This document shows positions 34,754 through 45,414 of a stretch of 64,000 bases of DNA, one piece after another (the first letter of the stretch is position 1; each line of letters begins with the position of its first letter). Origin of the DNA: Mycobacterium sp. (GTDB lineage Bacteria; Actinomycetota; Actinomycetes; Mycobacteriales; Mycobacteriaceae); the NCBI RefSeq assembly GCF_047975165.1, contig NZ_JBKECZ010000118.1:4909-68908 (forward strand). The letters run 5' to 3'. The notes under the pieces are model-generated. The model had not been told where the DNA came from, ran no database searches, and saw only the letters and a program-made list of their open reading frames with translations. The translations under genes were made by a program, and so were the position numbers.

Positions 34754-34963
34754 GCTCCATCAAACACCCGATGGTGTGCATCGTCGCGGATTATGTTGCC
34801 ATGAGGACCGGGGCCGGACGAGACCAGCTGAACCGAGGCCCGGCTGAGCCCGGCCCGACCAGCCTCGCCGGCCGGCTGCGATCCCGGCCGGCGACCGTGG
34901 CCGATCCACTACACTGGCGCCTCGGCCCCCCAGCTTTTCTTCGATGCTCGAACCGACGGGAGC

Positions 34964-35668
34964 ATGACTTTGCAGACTGCGCTGCGCGGCTATGCCGCAG
35001 TCGGCCTGGCCGTGATCCTGGGCTTGATATTCCTACCTGCGCGCGCCGCAACCGCTGACGACAAGGTTGTCCTTGGCGGTGGTGCGGGAATCATGGTCAA
35101 CACCGGCACATACTGCACACTGACCGCGATCGGTCACGACCGCAACGGTGACCTGATCGGTTTCAGCTCGGCGCACTGCGGAGGTCCGGGTGCTCCGGTC
35201 GCTGCCGAGGGCGCCGAGGGCCTGGGGCAGGTGGGGACCATGGTCGCTGGAAGTGACAGCCTCGACTACGCGGTGATCAGGTTCGATCCGGCCAAGGTGA
35301 CACCGGTGGCCGAGTTCAACGGTTTCGTCATCAACGGCATCGGGCCGGATCCGACGTTCGGCCAGGTTGCCTGCAAGCAGGGCCGTAGCACCGGCAACTC
35401 CTGCGGAGTCACCTGGGGGCCGGGCCAGGATCCGGGCAGCATCGTGATGCAGGTCTGTGGCGGGCCCGGTGACTCGGGTGCGCCAGTGACCGTCAATGGC
35501 CTGCTGGTGGGCATGATCCACGGTGCTTTCAGCGACGAGCTGCCGACCTGTGTGACCAAATACATCCCGCTGCACACCCCGGCGGTGGTGATGTCGATCA
35601 ACACCGACTTGGACGACATCGCCGCCAAGAACCGCCCGGGTGCGGGGTTTGTCCCGATCGGGAGCTGA
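34964..35668 (+). CDS. secreted trypsin-like serine protease
   Basis: 234 aa with a signal peptide (LAVILGLIFLPARAATA), His (SSAHCG) and the catalytic Ser context CGGPGDSGAPV. Confidence 0.75.
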   Translation: MTLQTALRGYAAVGLAVILGLIFLPARAATADDKVVLGGGAGIMVNTGTYCTLTAIGHDRNGDLIGFSSAHCGGPGAPVAAEGAEGLGQVGTMVAGSDSLDYAVIRFDPAKVTPVAEFNGFVINGIGPDPTFGQVACKQGRSTGNSCGVTWGPGQDPGSIVMQVCGGPGDSGAPVTVNGLLVGMIHGAFSDELPTCVTKYIPLHTPAVVMSINTDLDDIAAKNRPGAGFVPIGS

Positions 35669-35697
35669 GCCGAACCGCGTGACCCCGGTGGACCCCG

Positions 35698-37650
<1,953 letters not shown>

Positions 37651-37723
37651 AGGATCGACCCTAACGCCGAACGCGCCAAGCCGCCTCCCCGGTCGGGACT
37701 GCGTACACCTTAAGGTCGCTGTC

Positions 37724-39364
37724 ATGCGTGGGCTCCATGGCGTAGCCGTTGCGCTGTCGGTGGTGACTGCCGCAGTGCTGGCTGCTGTGCCGCTGGCAGC
37801 TTGCGGTGGCGGCGTGCTGACGCCGGACCTGGTGGTGGTCAACGGCGGTGAGCCGCCCAACCCGCTGATCCCGACCGGCACCAACGACAGCAACGGCGGG
37901 CGCATCATCGACCGGTTGTTCGCCGGGCTGATGTCCTACGACGCCGGAGGCAGGGCTGCCCCGGAGGTTGCGCGGTTGATCGAAACCGCCGACAACATCA
38001 ACTACCGGATCGTGTTGAAGCCCGGTTGGACGTTCACCGACGGATCCCCGGTAACGGCCCATTCGTTCGTGGACGCCTGGAACTACGGGGCGCTCAGCTC
38101 CAACGCCCAACTGCAACAACAATTTTTCAGCCCGATCGCCGGATTCGATCAGGTGGCCGGTGCAACCGGTGGCGAAAGCCCGACAACCATGTCGGGGTTG
38201 CGAGTGCTCAACGATCTCGAATTCACTGTCCGACTGAAGGCGCCGACCATCGACTTTGTGCTGCGACTTGGCCACAGCTCGTTCTATCCGCTGCCCGCCG
38301 TGGCGTTTCGGGACATGGCGGCGTTCGGCCGCAACCCGGTCGGCAACGGTCCGTACATGTTGGACAACCGCACCGACAGCCCTGCCTGGGAGCACAACGT
38401 CCGTATCGATTTGAAGACCAATCCGGACTACCACGGCAACCGCACACCGCGAAACAAGGGTTTACGTTTCGAGTTTTACGCCAACCTCGACACCGCGTAT
38501 GCCGATCTGCTGTCGGGCAACCTCGATGTGCTGGACACGATTCCGTCCAGCGCGCTGACGGTCTACCAGCGTGACCTGGGCGCTAACTTCGTCAGCGGAC
38601 CAGCGGCGGTCAATCAGTCCCTGGACACTCCCTTGCGGCTGCCCCATTTCGGTGGCGAAGAGGGGAGGCTGCGCCGGTTGGCCCTGTCGTCGGCCGTCAA
38701 CCGGCCGCAGATCTGCCGGCAGATCTTCAACAACACCCGCAGCCCCGCCCTAGACTTCACCGCACGCTCACTGCCCGGATTCGATTCGGATATACCGGGA
38801 AACAGTGCGTTGCAGTTCAATCCCGAACGGGCTCGACAACTTTGGACGCAGGCCGATGCCATCTCGGCCTGGGGCGGGCAGTATTCGATCGCCTACAACG
38901 CCGACAGCGGTCATCGGGAATGGGTGGATGCGGTGGCCAACAGCATCAAGAATGTGCTCGGCATCGACGCGGTCGCGGCACCGCAGCCGACCTTCGCGGG
39001 ATTCCGCACCCAGATCACCAACCGCACTATCGGCAGCGCATTTCGAGCCGGCTGGCAGGGCGACTATCCATCCATCATCGAATTTTTGGCCCCGCTGTTC
39101 ACCACGGGTGCGGGATCCAATGACGTCGGCTACTCGAACCCCGAATTCGACGCGGCGATCGCCACCGCCGAAGCCGCACCCGATCTTGCGCGGGCCGATG
39201 CACTGGCCAATGCCGCGCAGCGAATCCTGTTGCACGACATGCCGGTCGTTCCACTGTGGGACCGCATCAGCGTGGTCGGCTGGTCGGTCGACGTCGACAC
39301 CGTGACGGTCACCTGGAACGGTCTTCCCGACTACGAGAACCTCGTCAAGAACCGGACCCCCTGA
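37724..39364 (+). CDS. dppA: peptide ABC transporter substrate-binding lipoprotein
   Basis: It has a lipobox (LAACGGG) after the signal peptide and an SBP family 5 body. It is the first gene of a four-gene dpp operon. Confidence 0.9.
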   Translation: MRGLHGVAVALSVVTAAVLAAVPLAACGGGVLTPDLVVVNGGEPPNPLIPTGTNDSNGGRIIDRLFAGLMSYDAGGRAAPEVARLIETADNINYRIVLKPGWTFTDGSPVTAHSFVDAWNYGALSSNAQLQQQFFSPIAGFDQVAGATGGESPTTMSGLRVLNDLEFTVRLKAPTIDFVLRLGHSSFYPLPAVAFRDMAAFGRNPVGNGPYMLDNRTDSPAWEHNVRIDLKTNPDYHGNRTPRNKGLRFEFYANLDTAYADLLSGNLDVLDTIPSSALTVYQRDLGANFVSGPAAVNQSLDTPLRLPHFGGEEGRLRRLALSSAVNRPQICRQIFNNTRSPALDFTARSLPGFDSDIPGNSALQFNPERARQLWTQADAISAWGGQYSIAYNADSGHREWVDAVANSIKNVLGIDAVAAPQPTFAGFRTQITNRTIGSAFRAGWQGDYPSIIEFLAPLFTTGAGSNDVGYSNPEFDAAIATAEAAPDLARADALANAAQRILLHDMPVVPLWDRISVVGWSVDVDTVTVTWNGLPDYENLVKNRTP

Positions 39365-39365
39365 C

Positions 39366-40292
39366 ATGGGCCGGTACGTCCTGCGCCGGGCCGGCTCGAT
39401 GATTCCGGTCTTCCTGGGCGCCACCCTGCTCATCTACGGGATGGTGTTCCTGCTGCCCGGAGACCCGGTGGCGGCGATAGCCGGTGACCGGCCATTGACT
39501 CCCGCGGTGGTTGCGCAGCTTCGCGCCCGCTACCACCTCGACGACCCGTTCCTGGTGCAGTACGGGCGCTATCTGGGCGGTCTGCTGCACGGAGACCTGG
39601 GGCGCGCCTACTCGGGATTGCCCGTGAGTGCGGTTCTGGCACACGCCTTCCCCGTCACCATCAGGCTTGCCTTGATCGCGCTGACGGTGGAAGCGGTACT
39701 GGGCATCGGCTTCGGTCTGATCGCGGGGTTGCGGAAGGGGAGTGTTCTCGACGCCACCGTGGTGGTAGCCGGACTCGTCATCATCGCGATCCCGATTTTC
39801 GTGCTGGGCTTCCTGGCGCAATTCGTATTCGGCGTGCGCCTTGGATGGGCGCCGGTGACCGTTGGTGGCAGGGCGAGCTTCGATCGGCTGCTGCTACCCG
39901 GAATCGTGTTGGGTGCAGTCTCGTTCGCCTACGTGGTGCGGCTGACCCGCTCCGCGGTGGCCGACAATGCGCATGCCGAATACGTCCGCACCGCGACGGC
40001 AAAGGGGCTGTCCAGGCCCCGGGTGGTGACGGTTCACATCCTGCGCAACTCGCTGATACCGGTGGTGACCTTTCTCGGTGCGGATCTCGGCGCGCTGATG
40101 GGCGGAGCCATGGTGACCGAAGGGATCTTCAACATCCATGGGGTGGGCGGTGTGCTGTATCAGGCGGTGACCCGTCAGGAGGCGCCGACGGTGGTGTCAG
40201 TGGTCACCGTTCTGGTGTTGATCTATCTCGTGAGCAACCTGCTGGTGGACTTGCTGTATGCGGTTCTGGACCCGCGGATCCGCTATGTGTAG
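39366..40292 (+). CDS. dppB: peptide ABC transporter permease
   Basis: 308 aa with 6 TM helices and a BPD_transp_1-type core. Confidence 0.9.
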   Translation: MGRYVLRRAGSMIPVFLGATLLIYGMVFLLPGDPVAAIAGDRPLTPAVVAQLRARYHLDDPFLVQYGRYLGGLLHGDLGRAYSGLPVSAVLAHAFPVTIRLALIALTVEAVLGIGFGLIAGLRKGSVLDATVVVAGLVIIAIPIFVLGFLAQFVFGVRLGWAPVTVGGRASFDRLLLPGIVLGAVSFAYVVRLTRSAVADNAHAEYVRTATAKGLSRPRVVTVHILRNSLIPVVTFLGADLGALMGGAMVTEGIFNIHGVGGVLYQAVTRQEAPTVVSVVTVLVLIYLVSNLLVDLLYAVLDPRIRYV

Positions 40293-41106
40293 GCGCCCGA
40301 AGTTCGTCGTCTCGGCCGCGCTGATTCTGCTGGTGTTGTCGATGGCGGTGTTTCCGGGGCTGTTCACCAGTTTCGATCCGACATACGCCGACCCCGCCCA
40401 GAGCCTGCTTTCGCCGTCGAGCGCACATTGGTTCGGCACCGATCTGCAGGGCCACGACATCTACGCGCGCACGGTGTACGGGGCTCGGGCTTCGGTGACG
40501 GTCGGATTGGGTGCGGCAGTCCTGGTTTTCGTCCTGGGGGGTGCGCTGGGCGCCCTGGCGGGCTTCTACGGCGGCTGGGTCGACGCCGTGGTGTCGCGGA
40601 TAGCGGACGTGTTCTTCGGACTGCCGCTACTGCTTGGCGCGATCGTGCTCATGCAGGTGTTGCGTCATCGCACGGTGTTGACGGTGATCGCCACCCTCGC
40701 GCTGTTCGGATGGCCTGCGGTGGCCAGGATCGCGCGCAGCGCGGTTCTGGAGGTTCGGTCCAGCGATTACGTCCTTGCCGCCAAAGCCCTTGGGCTGGGG
40801 AGGTTTCAGATCCTGCTGCGGCACGCGTTGCCCAACGCCATCGGGCCGGTGATCGCGGTGGCCACCGTCACGCTGGGCGTTTTCATCGTCACCGAGGCCA
40901 CACTGTCCTACCTCGGGGTTGGGCTGCCTGCGTCGGTGGTGTCCTGGGGTGGTGATATCAACGTGGCGCAGATGCGTCTGCGGGCCGGATCGCCGATCCT
41001 GTTCTATCCCGCGGGTGCGCTGGCGATCACCGTTCTGGGGTTCATGATGCTCGGTGACGCGTTGCGCGACAACCTGGACTCGAGGCCCCGGGGGCGGCGG
41101 GGATGA
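40285..41106 (+). CDS. dppC: peptide ABC transporter permease
   Basis: The ATG at 40285 overlaps the dppB end. It has a permease core with an EAA-like loop (AAKALGLGRFQILLRHALPNA). Confidence 0.9.
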   Translation: MCRRPKFVVSAALILLVLSMAVFPGLFTSFDPTYADPAQSLLSPSSAHWFGTDLQGHDIYARTVYGARASVTVGLGAAVLVFVLGGALGALAGFYGGWVDAVVSRIADVFFGLPLLLGAIVLMQVLRHRTVLTVIATLALFGWPAVARIARSAVLEVRSSDYVLAAKALGLGRFQILLRHALPNAIGPVIAVATVTLGVFIVTEATLSYLGVGLPASVVSWGGDINVAQMRLRAGSPILFYPAGALAITVLGFMMLGDALRDNLDSRPRGRRG

Positions 41107-42761
41107 GCGCGGAGATTCTGCTATCCGTCGAGGACCTGCACGTCAGTTACGGCACCGACGAGCCTGCGGTGCGCGGAATGTCGTTTCAGGTGCCGGCGGG
41201 ACGGACGGTCGCGGTGGTGGGGGAGTCGGGGTCGGGCAAGTCGACCGCCGCGGCGGCAATCCTCGGTTTGCTCGCTCCGGACGGCCGGATTACCTCTGGG
41301 CGACTCGTTTTCGACGGGCGTGACCTGACGGCTGCCGGCGGCCGGGTGATGCGAACGGTTCGCGGCAGTGGGATCGGCTACATCCCGCAGGACCCGATGG
41401 CCAACCTCAACCCGGTCTGGAAGGTGGGCTTCCAGGTCCGGGAGGCGGTGCGGGCCAACACCGCTAGCCCCGACGCGCGACGGCGGACAATAGAGCTGCT
41501 CGGTGAGGCGGGGATGCGGGATCCGGCGGGGCAGGCCGGCCGGTATCCGCATCAGCTGTCGGGTGGCATGTGCCAGCGCGCGTTGATCGCGATAGCGCTG
41601 GCGGGCAGGCCGCGGCTGTTGATAGCCGACGAGCCGACGTCGGCCCTGGATGTCACCGTCCAGCGCCGGGTGCTCGATCACCTGGCGCGTCTCACCGGCG
41701 AACTGGGGACCGCTGTGCTCTTGATCACTCACGACCTGGCACTGGCGGCCGAGCGGGCCGAATACGTCGTTGTGGTCAACCGTGGTTCGATAGTGGAATC
41801 GGGTGTGGCACAGGATATTCTGTGTGATCCGCGGCATGAGTACACCCGGCGCCTGGTAGCCGCGGACCCGTCGCTGACGGCCCGGGACAAGAATGTGCCG
41901 CGGGTGCGGGAGCGGGGGGATGCCGGAGCCGCGTCGGAATGTGAAACCGGCGGGCCGCGGGATGACGTCATCGCGGTGTCGGACCTGACCAAGACCTACC
42001 GGGAGTCGGGTGGCCTGCCGTGGCGGCACACCGAGTTCCGCGCCGTCGATGCGGTGTCGTTTCGGTTGCCCCGGGCCACCACGATGGCGGTCGTCGGCGA
42101 ATCCGGCTCGGGCAAGTCGACATTGGCGCGGATGGTGCTCGGCCTGCTGCGCCCGACGTCGGGGACCGTGCTGTTCGACGGTGCCGACGTCTGTTCGATG
42201 GACCGCGGCGCCGAGCTGAGGTTTCGCCGCCGTGTACAACCGGTGTTCCAGAATCCGTATGGGAGCCTGGATCCGAGGTACTCGGTGTTGCGCTCCATCG
42301 AGGAACCGCTGCGCATCCACCGGATCGGCAACCGCGAGCAGCGCCGGCGGACCGTCGGTGAACTCCTTGACCGGGTGGCACTGCCGGACGCGGTGCTGCA
42401 CCGGATGCCTCGGGAGCTGTCGGGCGGACAGCGGCAGCGGGTGGCGATCGCCCGCGCTCTTGCGCTGCAACCCGAGGTGCTGGTGTGCGATGAGGCGGTG
42501 TCGGCGCTCGACGTTCTGGTGCAGGATCAGGTCCTGCGCCTACTGGCCGAACTGCAGGATAGCCTCGGGTTGACCTATCTCTTCATCAGTCACGACCTGG
42601 CGGTCATCCGCCAGATCGCCGATGAGGTACTGGTGATGTGCGCCGGCCGGGTGGTGGAACACGCCCCCACCGAGCGGGTGTTCACCGACCCTGCGCAGCA
42701 ATACACCCGGCAGTTGTTGGAGGCCATCCCCGCCCCCCGCGTCGATACGCCGCACCGCTAG
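41103..42761 (+). CDS. dppD: peptide ABC transporter, fused double ATPase
   Basis: 552 aa with two ABC cassettes (GESGSGKST twice; LSGGMCQR and LSGGQRQR). Confidence 0.9.
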   Translation: MSAEILLSVEDLHVSYGTDEPAVRGMSFQVPAGRTVAVVGESGSGKSTAAAAILGLLAPDGRITSGRLVFDGRDLTAAGGRVMRTVRGSGIGYIPQDPMANLNPVWKVGFQVREAVRANTASPDARRRTIELLGEAGMRDPAGQAGRYPHQLSGGMCQRALIAIALAGRPRLLIADEPTSALDVTVQRRVLDHLARLTGELGTAVLLITHDLALAAERAEYVVVVNRGSIVESGVAQDILCDPRHEYTRRLVAADPSLTARDKNVPRVRERGDAGAASECETGGPRDDVIAVSDLTKTYRESGGLPWRHTEFRAVDAVSFRLPRATTMAVVGESGSGKSTLARMVLGLLRPTSGTVLFDGADVCSMDRGAELRFRRRVQPVFQNPYGSLDPRYSVLRSIEEPLRIHRIGNREQRRRTVGELLDRVALPDAVLHRMPRELSGGQRQRVAIARALALQPEVLVCDEAVSALDVLVQDQVLRLLAELQDSLGLTYLFISHDLAVIRQIADEVLVMCAGRVVEHAPTERVFTDPAQQYTRQLLEAIPAPRVDTPHR

Positions 42762-42772
42762 TTTGGCAACTT

Positions 42773-43549
42773 GTGAGTGACCGGTTGGCCCCGCTGATGG
42801 AACTTCCCGGTGTGGAGGAAGCCAGCGACCGTGCCCGGGAGGCCCTGGGCCGAGCCCACCGGCACCGGGCCAATCTGCGGAACTGGCCGGTGACCGCAGC
42901 CGAGGCGTCACTGCGGGCGGCCCGGGCATCCTCGGTGCTCGACGGCGGACCGGTACGGCTGGACGAGGTGTCCGATGGGATTGCGCACAACGGAGGTGTG
43001 AGCGATCCGGTGTTCGGGGGCGCGTTGCGGGTGGCGCAGGCGCTGGAGGGCGGCGCCGGACCTCTCGTCGGGGTGTGGCAGAAGGCGCCGCTGCAGGCGC
43101 TGGCCCGGCTGCACGTGCTGGCCGCCGCCGACTTGGTGGCCGACGAGCACCTGGGCCGCCCGCGCTCCGCTCCTGAGGTGGGGCCGCGGTTGGAACTGCT
43201 CATCGATGTGGCGACCGGGCCGACTGCCGCGGCGGCGCCGGTTGTTGCCGCGGTGGCGCACGGGGAGCTGTTGACGCTGCGCCCGTTCGGCAGCGCCGAC
43301 GGCGTTCTCGCCCGCGCGGTGTCCCGGCTGGTGAGTATCGCGTCCGGCCTGGACCCGCATGGCCTCGGTGTGCCGGAGGTGCGCTGGATGCGTCAGCCCG
43401 CGGCCTACCGGGATGCCGCGATGAAGTTCGCGGCGGGAAGCTCCGACGGCGTGGCGGGGTGGCTGGTGCTGTGCTGTCGGGCGATGACGGCCGGAGCGCA
43501 GGATGCGCTGTCGATCGCCGATTCGGTAGCCGGCAAGCCTCGGGGATAG
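42773..43549 (+). CDS. conserved hypothetical protein (possible degenerate Fic-like fold)
   Basis: The GTG at 42773 gives 258 aa. The segment AVAHGELLTLRPFGSADGVLARAV resembles a Fic motif with the catalytic His replaced. It is in the position of Rv3662c (from memory). Confidence 0.6.
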   Translation: MSDRLAPLMELPGVEEASDRAREALGRAHRHRANLRNWPVTAAEASLRAARASSVLDGGPVRLDEVSDGIAHNGGVSDPVFGGALRVAQALEGGAGPLVGVWQKAPLQALARLHVLAAADLVADEHLGRPRSAPEVGPRLELLIDVATGPTAAAAPVVAAVAHGELLTLRPFGSADGVLARAVSRLVSIASGLDPHGLGVPEVRWMRQPAAYRDAAMKFAAGSSDGVAGWLVLCCRAMTAGAQDALSIADSVAGKPRG

Positions 43550-43565
43550 GTGGTCATCCCGGACG

Positions 43566-43863
43566 CGAAGCGGGCGGCGCCCGAAGAACTTCGAGTCGCC
43601 GCCCGCTAGCACGGTCCTCGGTTACCAAGCGTGCATTCGCTGGGTTGCGTGGGTGGCCTCGGCGCGTTTGCAGCACTGTCTGCTGCGACCCGACCCAACA
43701 GGTCGTCGCGGCAGTCTATGCTTCGCAACTACGCAGGCCCGCAACGCTTCTGCCATTATCGCGGCTATGACTCCGCGTGGGTTCCGGGAACCGTGCTGGG
43801 TGCCCGGGTCGGGAGATCGAGCCTTCTCCTCCGGATCGACCTTGGCCTCACCGGGCTGCCGTG
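43566..43863 (-). ncRNA. Ms1 / MTS2823 (ncRv13661)-type abundant sRNA; boundaries approximate
   Basis: A roughly 440-bp gap lies between the convergent Rv3662c-like and Rv3661-like genes. In M. tuberculosis this is the locus of MTS2823, which lies downstream of and co-directional with Rv3661. An AT-richer promoter-like segment (TACAAA at 43875-43870 on the minus strand) and the distal GC hairpin predict an RNA of about 300 nt. Confidence 0.45.
43570..43606. terminator. 10-bp GC stem-loop, potentially a bidirectional terminator
   Basis: GCGGGCGGCG-N17-CGCCGCCCGC lies 21 nt after the stop at 43549. It sits at the predicted 3' end of the minus-strand sRNA. Confidence 0.4.
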
Positions 43864-43988
43864 CCTTCATTTGTACTACTAGTGCGATGGCTGAGCAAGG
43901 CCGAATCGCACGAAAGTTGGTTAATGGCTTTGGATTGCGTTCACGTATGTTTGCTGCCCGGGTGGCTGGGGCAGCCGCGGAGGATCTG

Positions 43989-44864
43989 TCAGAACGCGAA
44001 CCGGCGCAGCAGCGTGTAGGTGACCGCGCCGGCGGCTACCGCGGTGATCCCCATTGCGGCGGTCGTCGCGATTGCCGCACCCGTTGGCGCCGGGATCCGG
44101 TCGCGCAGGGACACCGGCCGCGAGAACGACAACACCGGCCAACCCCGTTCCACCGCCTCCCTGCGTAGGCCACGGTCGGGGTTGACGACGGACGGGTGGC
44201 CGACCGCCTCGAGCATCGGCAGGTCGGTGATCGAGTCCGAGTAGGCGTAGCAGTGCTCCAGCGGGTAACCCTCGCGACCGGCGAGTTCGCGGATCGCCTG
44301 GACCTTGCCCTCGCCGTAGCAGTAGAACGCGATCTCGCCGGTGTACTTGCCGTCCTCGACGACCATTCTGGTCGCCATCGCGTGGGTGGCGCCCAAGGCG
44401 CGGGCGATCGGCGCCACGATCTCCTCCCCGGACGCCGAGACCACTACTACGTCTCGGCCGCACAGCTTGTGGGCGGCGATGAGGTCGGCGGCTTCGGCGA
44501 ACACCAGCGGTGTCACGATGTCGTGCAGCGTTTCGTTGACGACCGACTTGACCTGTTCGACATCCCACCCGATGCACATGTTGGCCAGATGAGTGCGCAT
44601 CCTGCGCATCTGGTCGTGGTCGGCGCCCGACAGCAGGAAGATGAACTGCGCATAACTGGATTTCAGTACCGCTCTGCGGTTGAGCAGGCCCTGCGCCAGG
44701 AAAGGCTTGCTGAACGCCAGCACGCTGGATTTGGCGATCACCGTCTTGTCCAGATCGAAGAAGGCCGCGGTTCGCGCACCCGGGGCCACTTGTTCGCGAA
44801 CATCTGCTTGTTCGCGAACATCCACACCGACGTGCTGTTGGGCGGCCGAATCTGGAACGGTCAC
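43989..44864 (-). CDS. HAD-IB family hydrolase with C-terminal membrane segment
   Basis: HAD motif I is FFDLDKTV and motif IV is YSDSITDLP, with a C-terminal TM helix. The GTG at 44864 is chosen. The longer track ORF would run across the 6C RNA gene. Confidence 0.8.
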   Translation of the reverse strand: MTVPDSAAQQHVGVDVREQADVREQVAPGARTAAFFDLDKTVIAKSSVLAFSKPFLAQGLLNRRAVLKSSYAQFIFLLSGADHDQMRRMRTHLANMCIGWDVEQVKSVVNETLHDIVTPLVFAEAADLIAAHKLCGRDVVVVSASGEEIVAPIARALGATHAMATRMVVEDGKYTGEIAFYCYGEGKVQAIRELAGREGYPLEHCYAYSDSITDLPMLEAVGHPSVVNPDRGLRREAVERGWPVLSFSRPVSLRDRIPAPTGAAIATTAAMGITAVAAGAVTYTLLRRFAF

Positions 44865-45055
44865 GAAGTCAGCATAGGCGGTGCGACCAATGTATCGCCT
44901 GGTGAAACCCGAGCGAAACCGCTGCCGGACCGTCCCGGAACTCCACAGCGAGCCCGAATTGACATACTTGTGTGTGCGTTCGGGGGTTCTGGGGTGGGAT
45001 TTCGGTTCGAATCCGACCTTGCGCTGTGCCCCACTGGCATGTGTATAGTAAATCG

Positions 45056-45152
45056 ACTCGGCCTCGAGCCGAGGTTGTATCAGCCCGACCCCCCGGGGCT
45101 GATACACGACGACCTCCGCCTCCTCCCCCCCTGGCGGGGGTCGTCCCTTTTT
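45056..45152 (+). ncRNA. 6C small RNA (B11 / ncRv13660c type)
   Basis: The -10 element TATAGT lies at 45044-45049, with a weak -35 TTGCGC at 45019-45024. There are three hairpins. The second (45077-45105) and third (45108-45144) have loops each containing a run of six C (GACCCCCCG and TCCTCCCCCCT). The last hairpin is followed by TTTTT at 45147-45151. The gene lies in the Rv3661/Rv3660c-equivalent intergenic region, co-directional with the ssd-like gene. Confidence 0.8.
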
Positions 45153-45414
45153 CGGGGTAATTTCGATGCCCCACCGATCAGATACCGGTGGGCGAGGTAG
45201 CTGCGACACCTCGGTTTCCCGTCTTCCGGTTTGAGAACTCCGTGTCTCTCATACTCAACATCGGTGTGCACAGACCAGACTTTGTCCACAGATCGCCGCG
45301 CAGTGCCGTCATACCCGATCCACGGCGGACCATGGTGGATGCGTGGGTGGATGCGTGACAGATGCGGGTGTGGCCGACGGTGATCGTTGCGGCTCGGGCT
45401 CCGGAGTGTTGGCC

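Noticed and set aside
43622-43870. 82-aa minus-strand ORF (and the plus-strand ORFs 43631-43882 and 43653-44168) in the large convergent gap.
   Set aside because: The composition is not protein-like, there is no ribosome-binding site, and the locus is better explained by the Ms1/MTS2823-type sRNA.
44990-45025. Perfect tRNA T-loop-like 11-mer GGTTCGAATCC (45004-45014) just upstream of the 6C promoter.
   Set aside because: No matching acceptor, D or anticodon arms can be built around it, and the flanking T-stem is only 4 bp. It may be a decayed tRNA or att remnant or a chance match, and it is not a functional tRNA.
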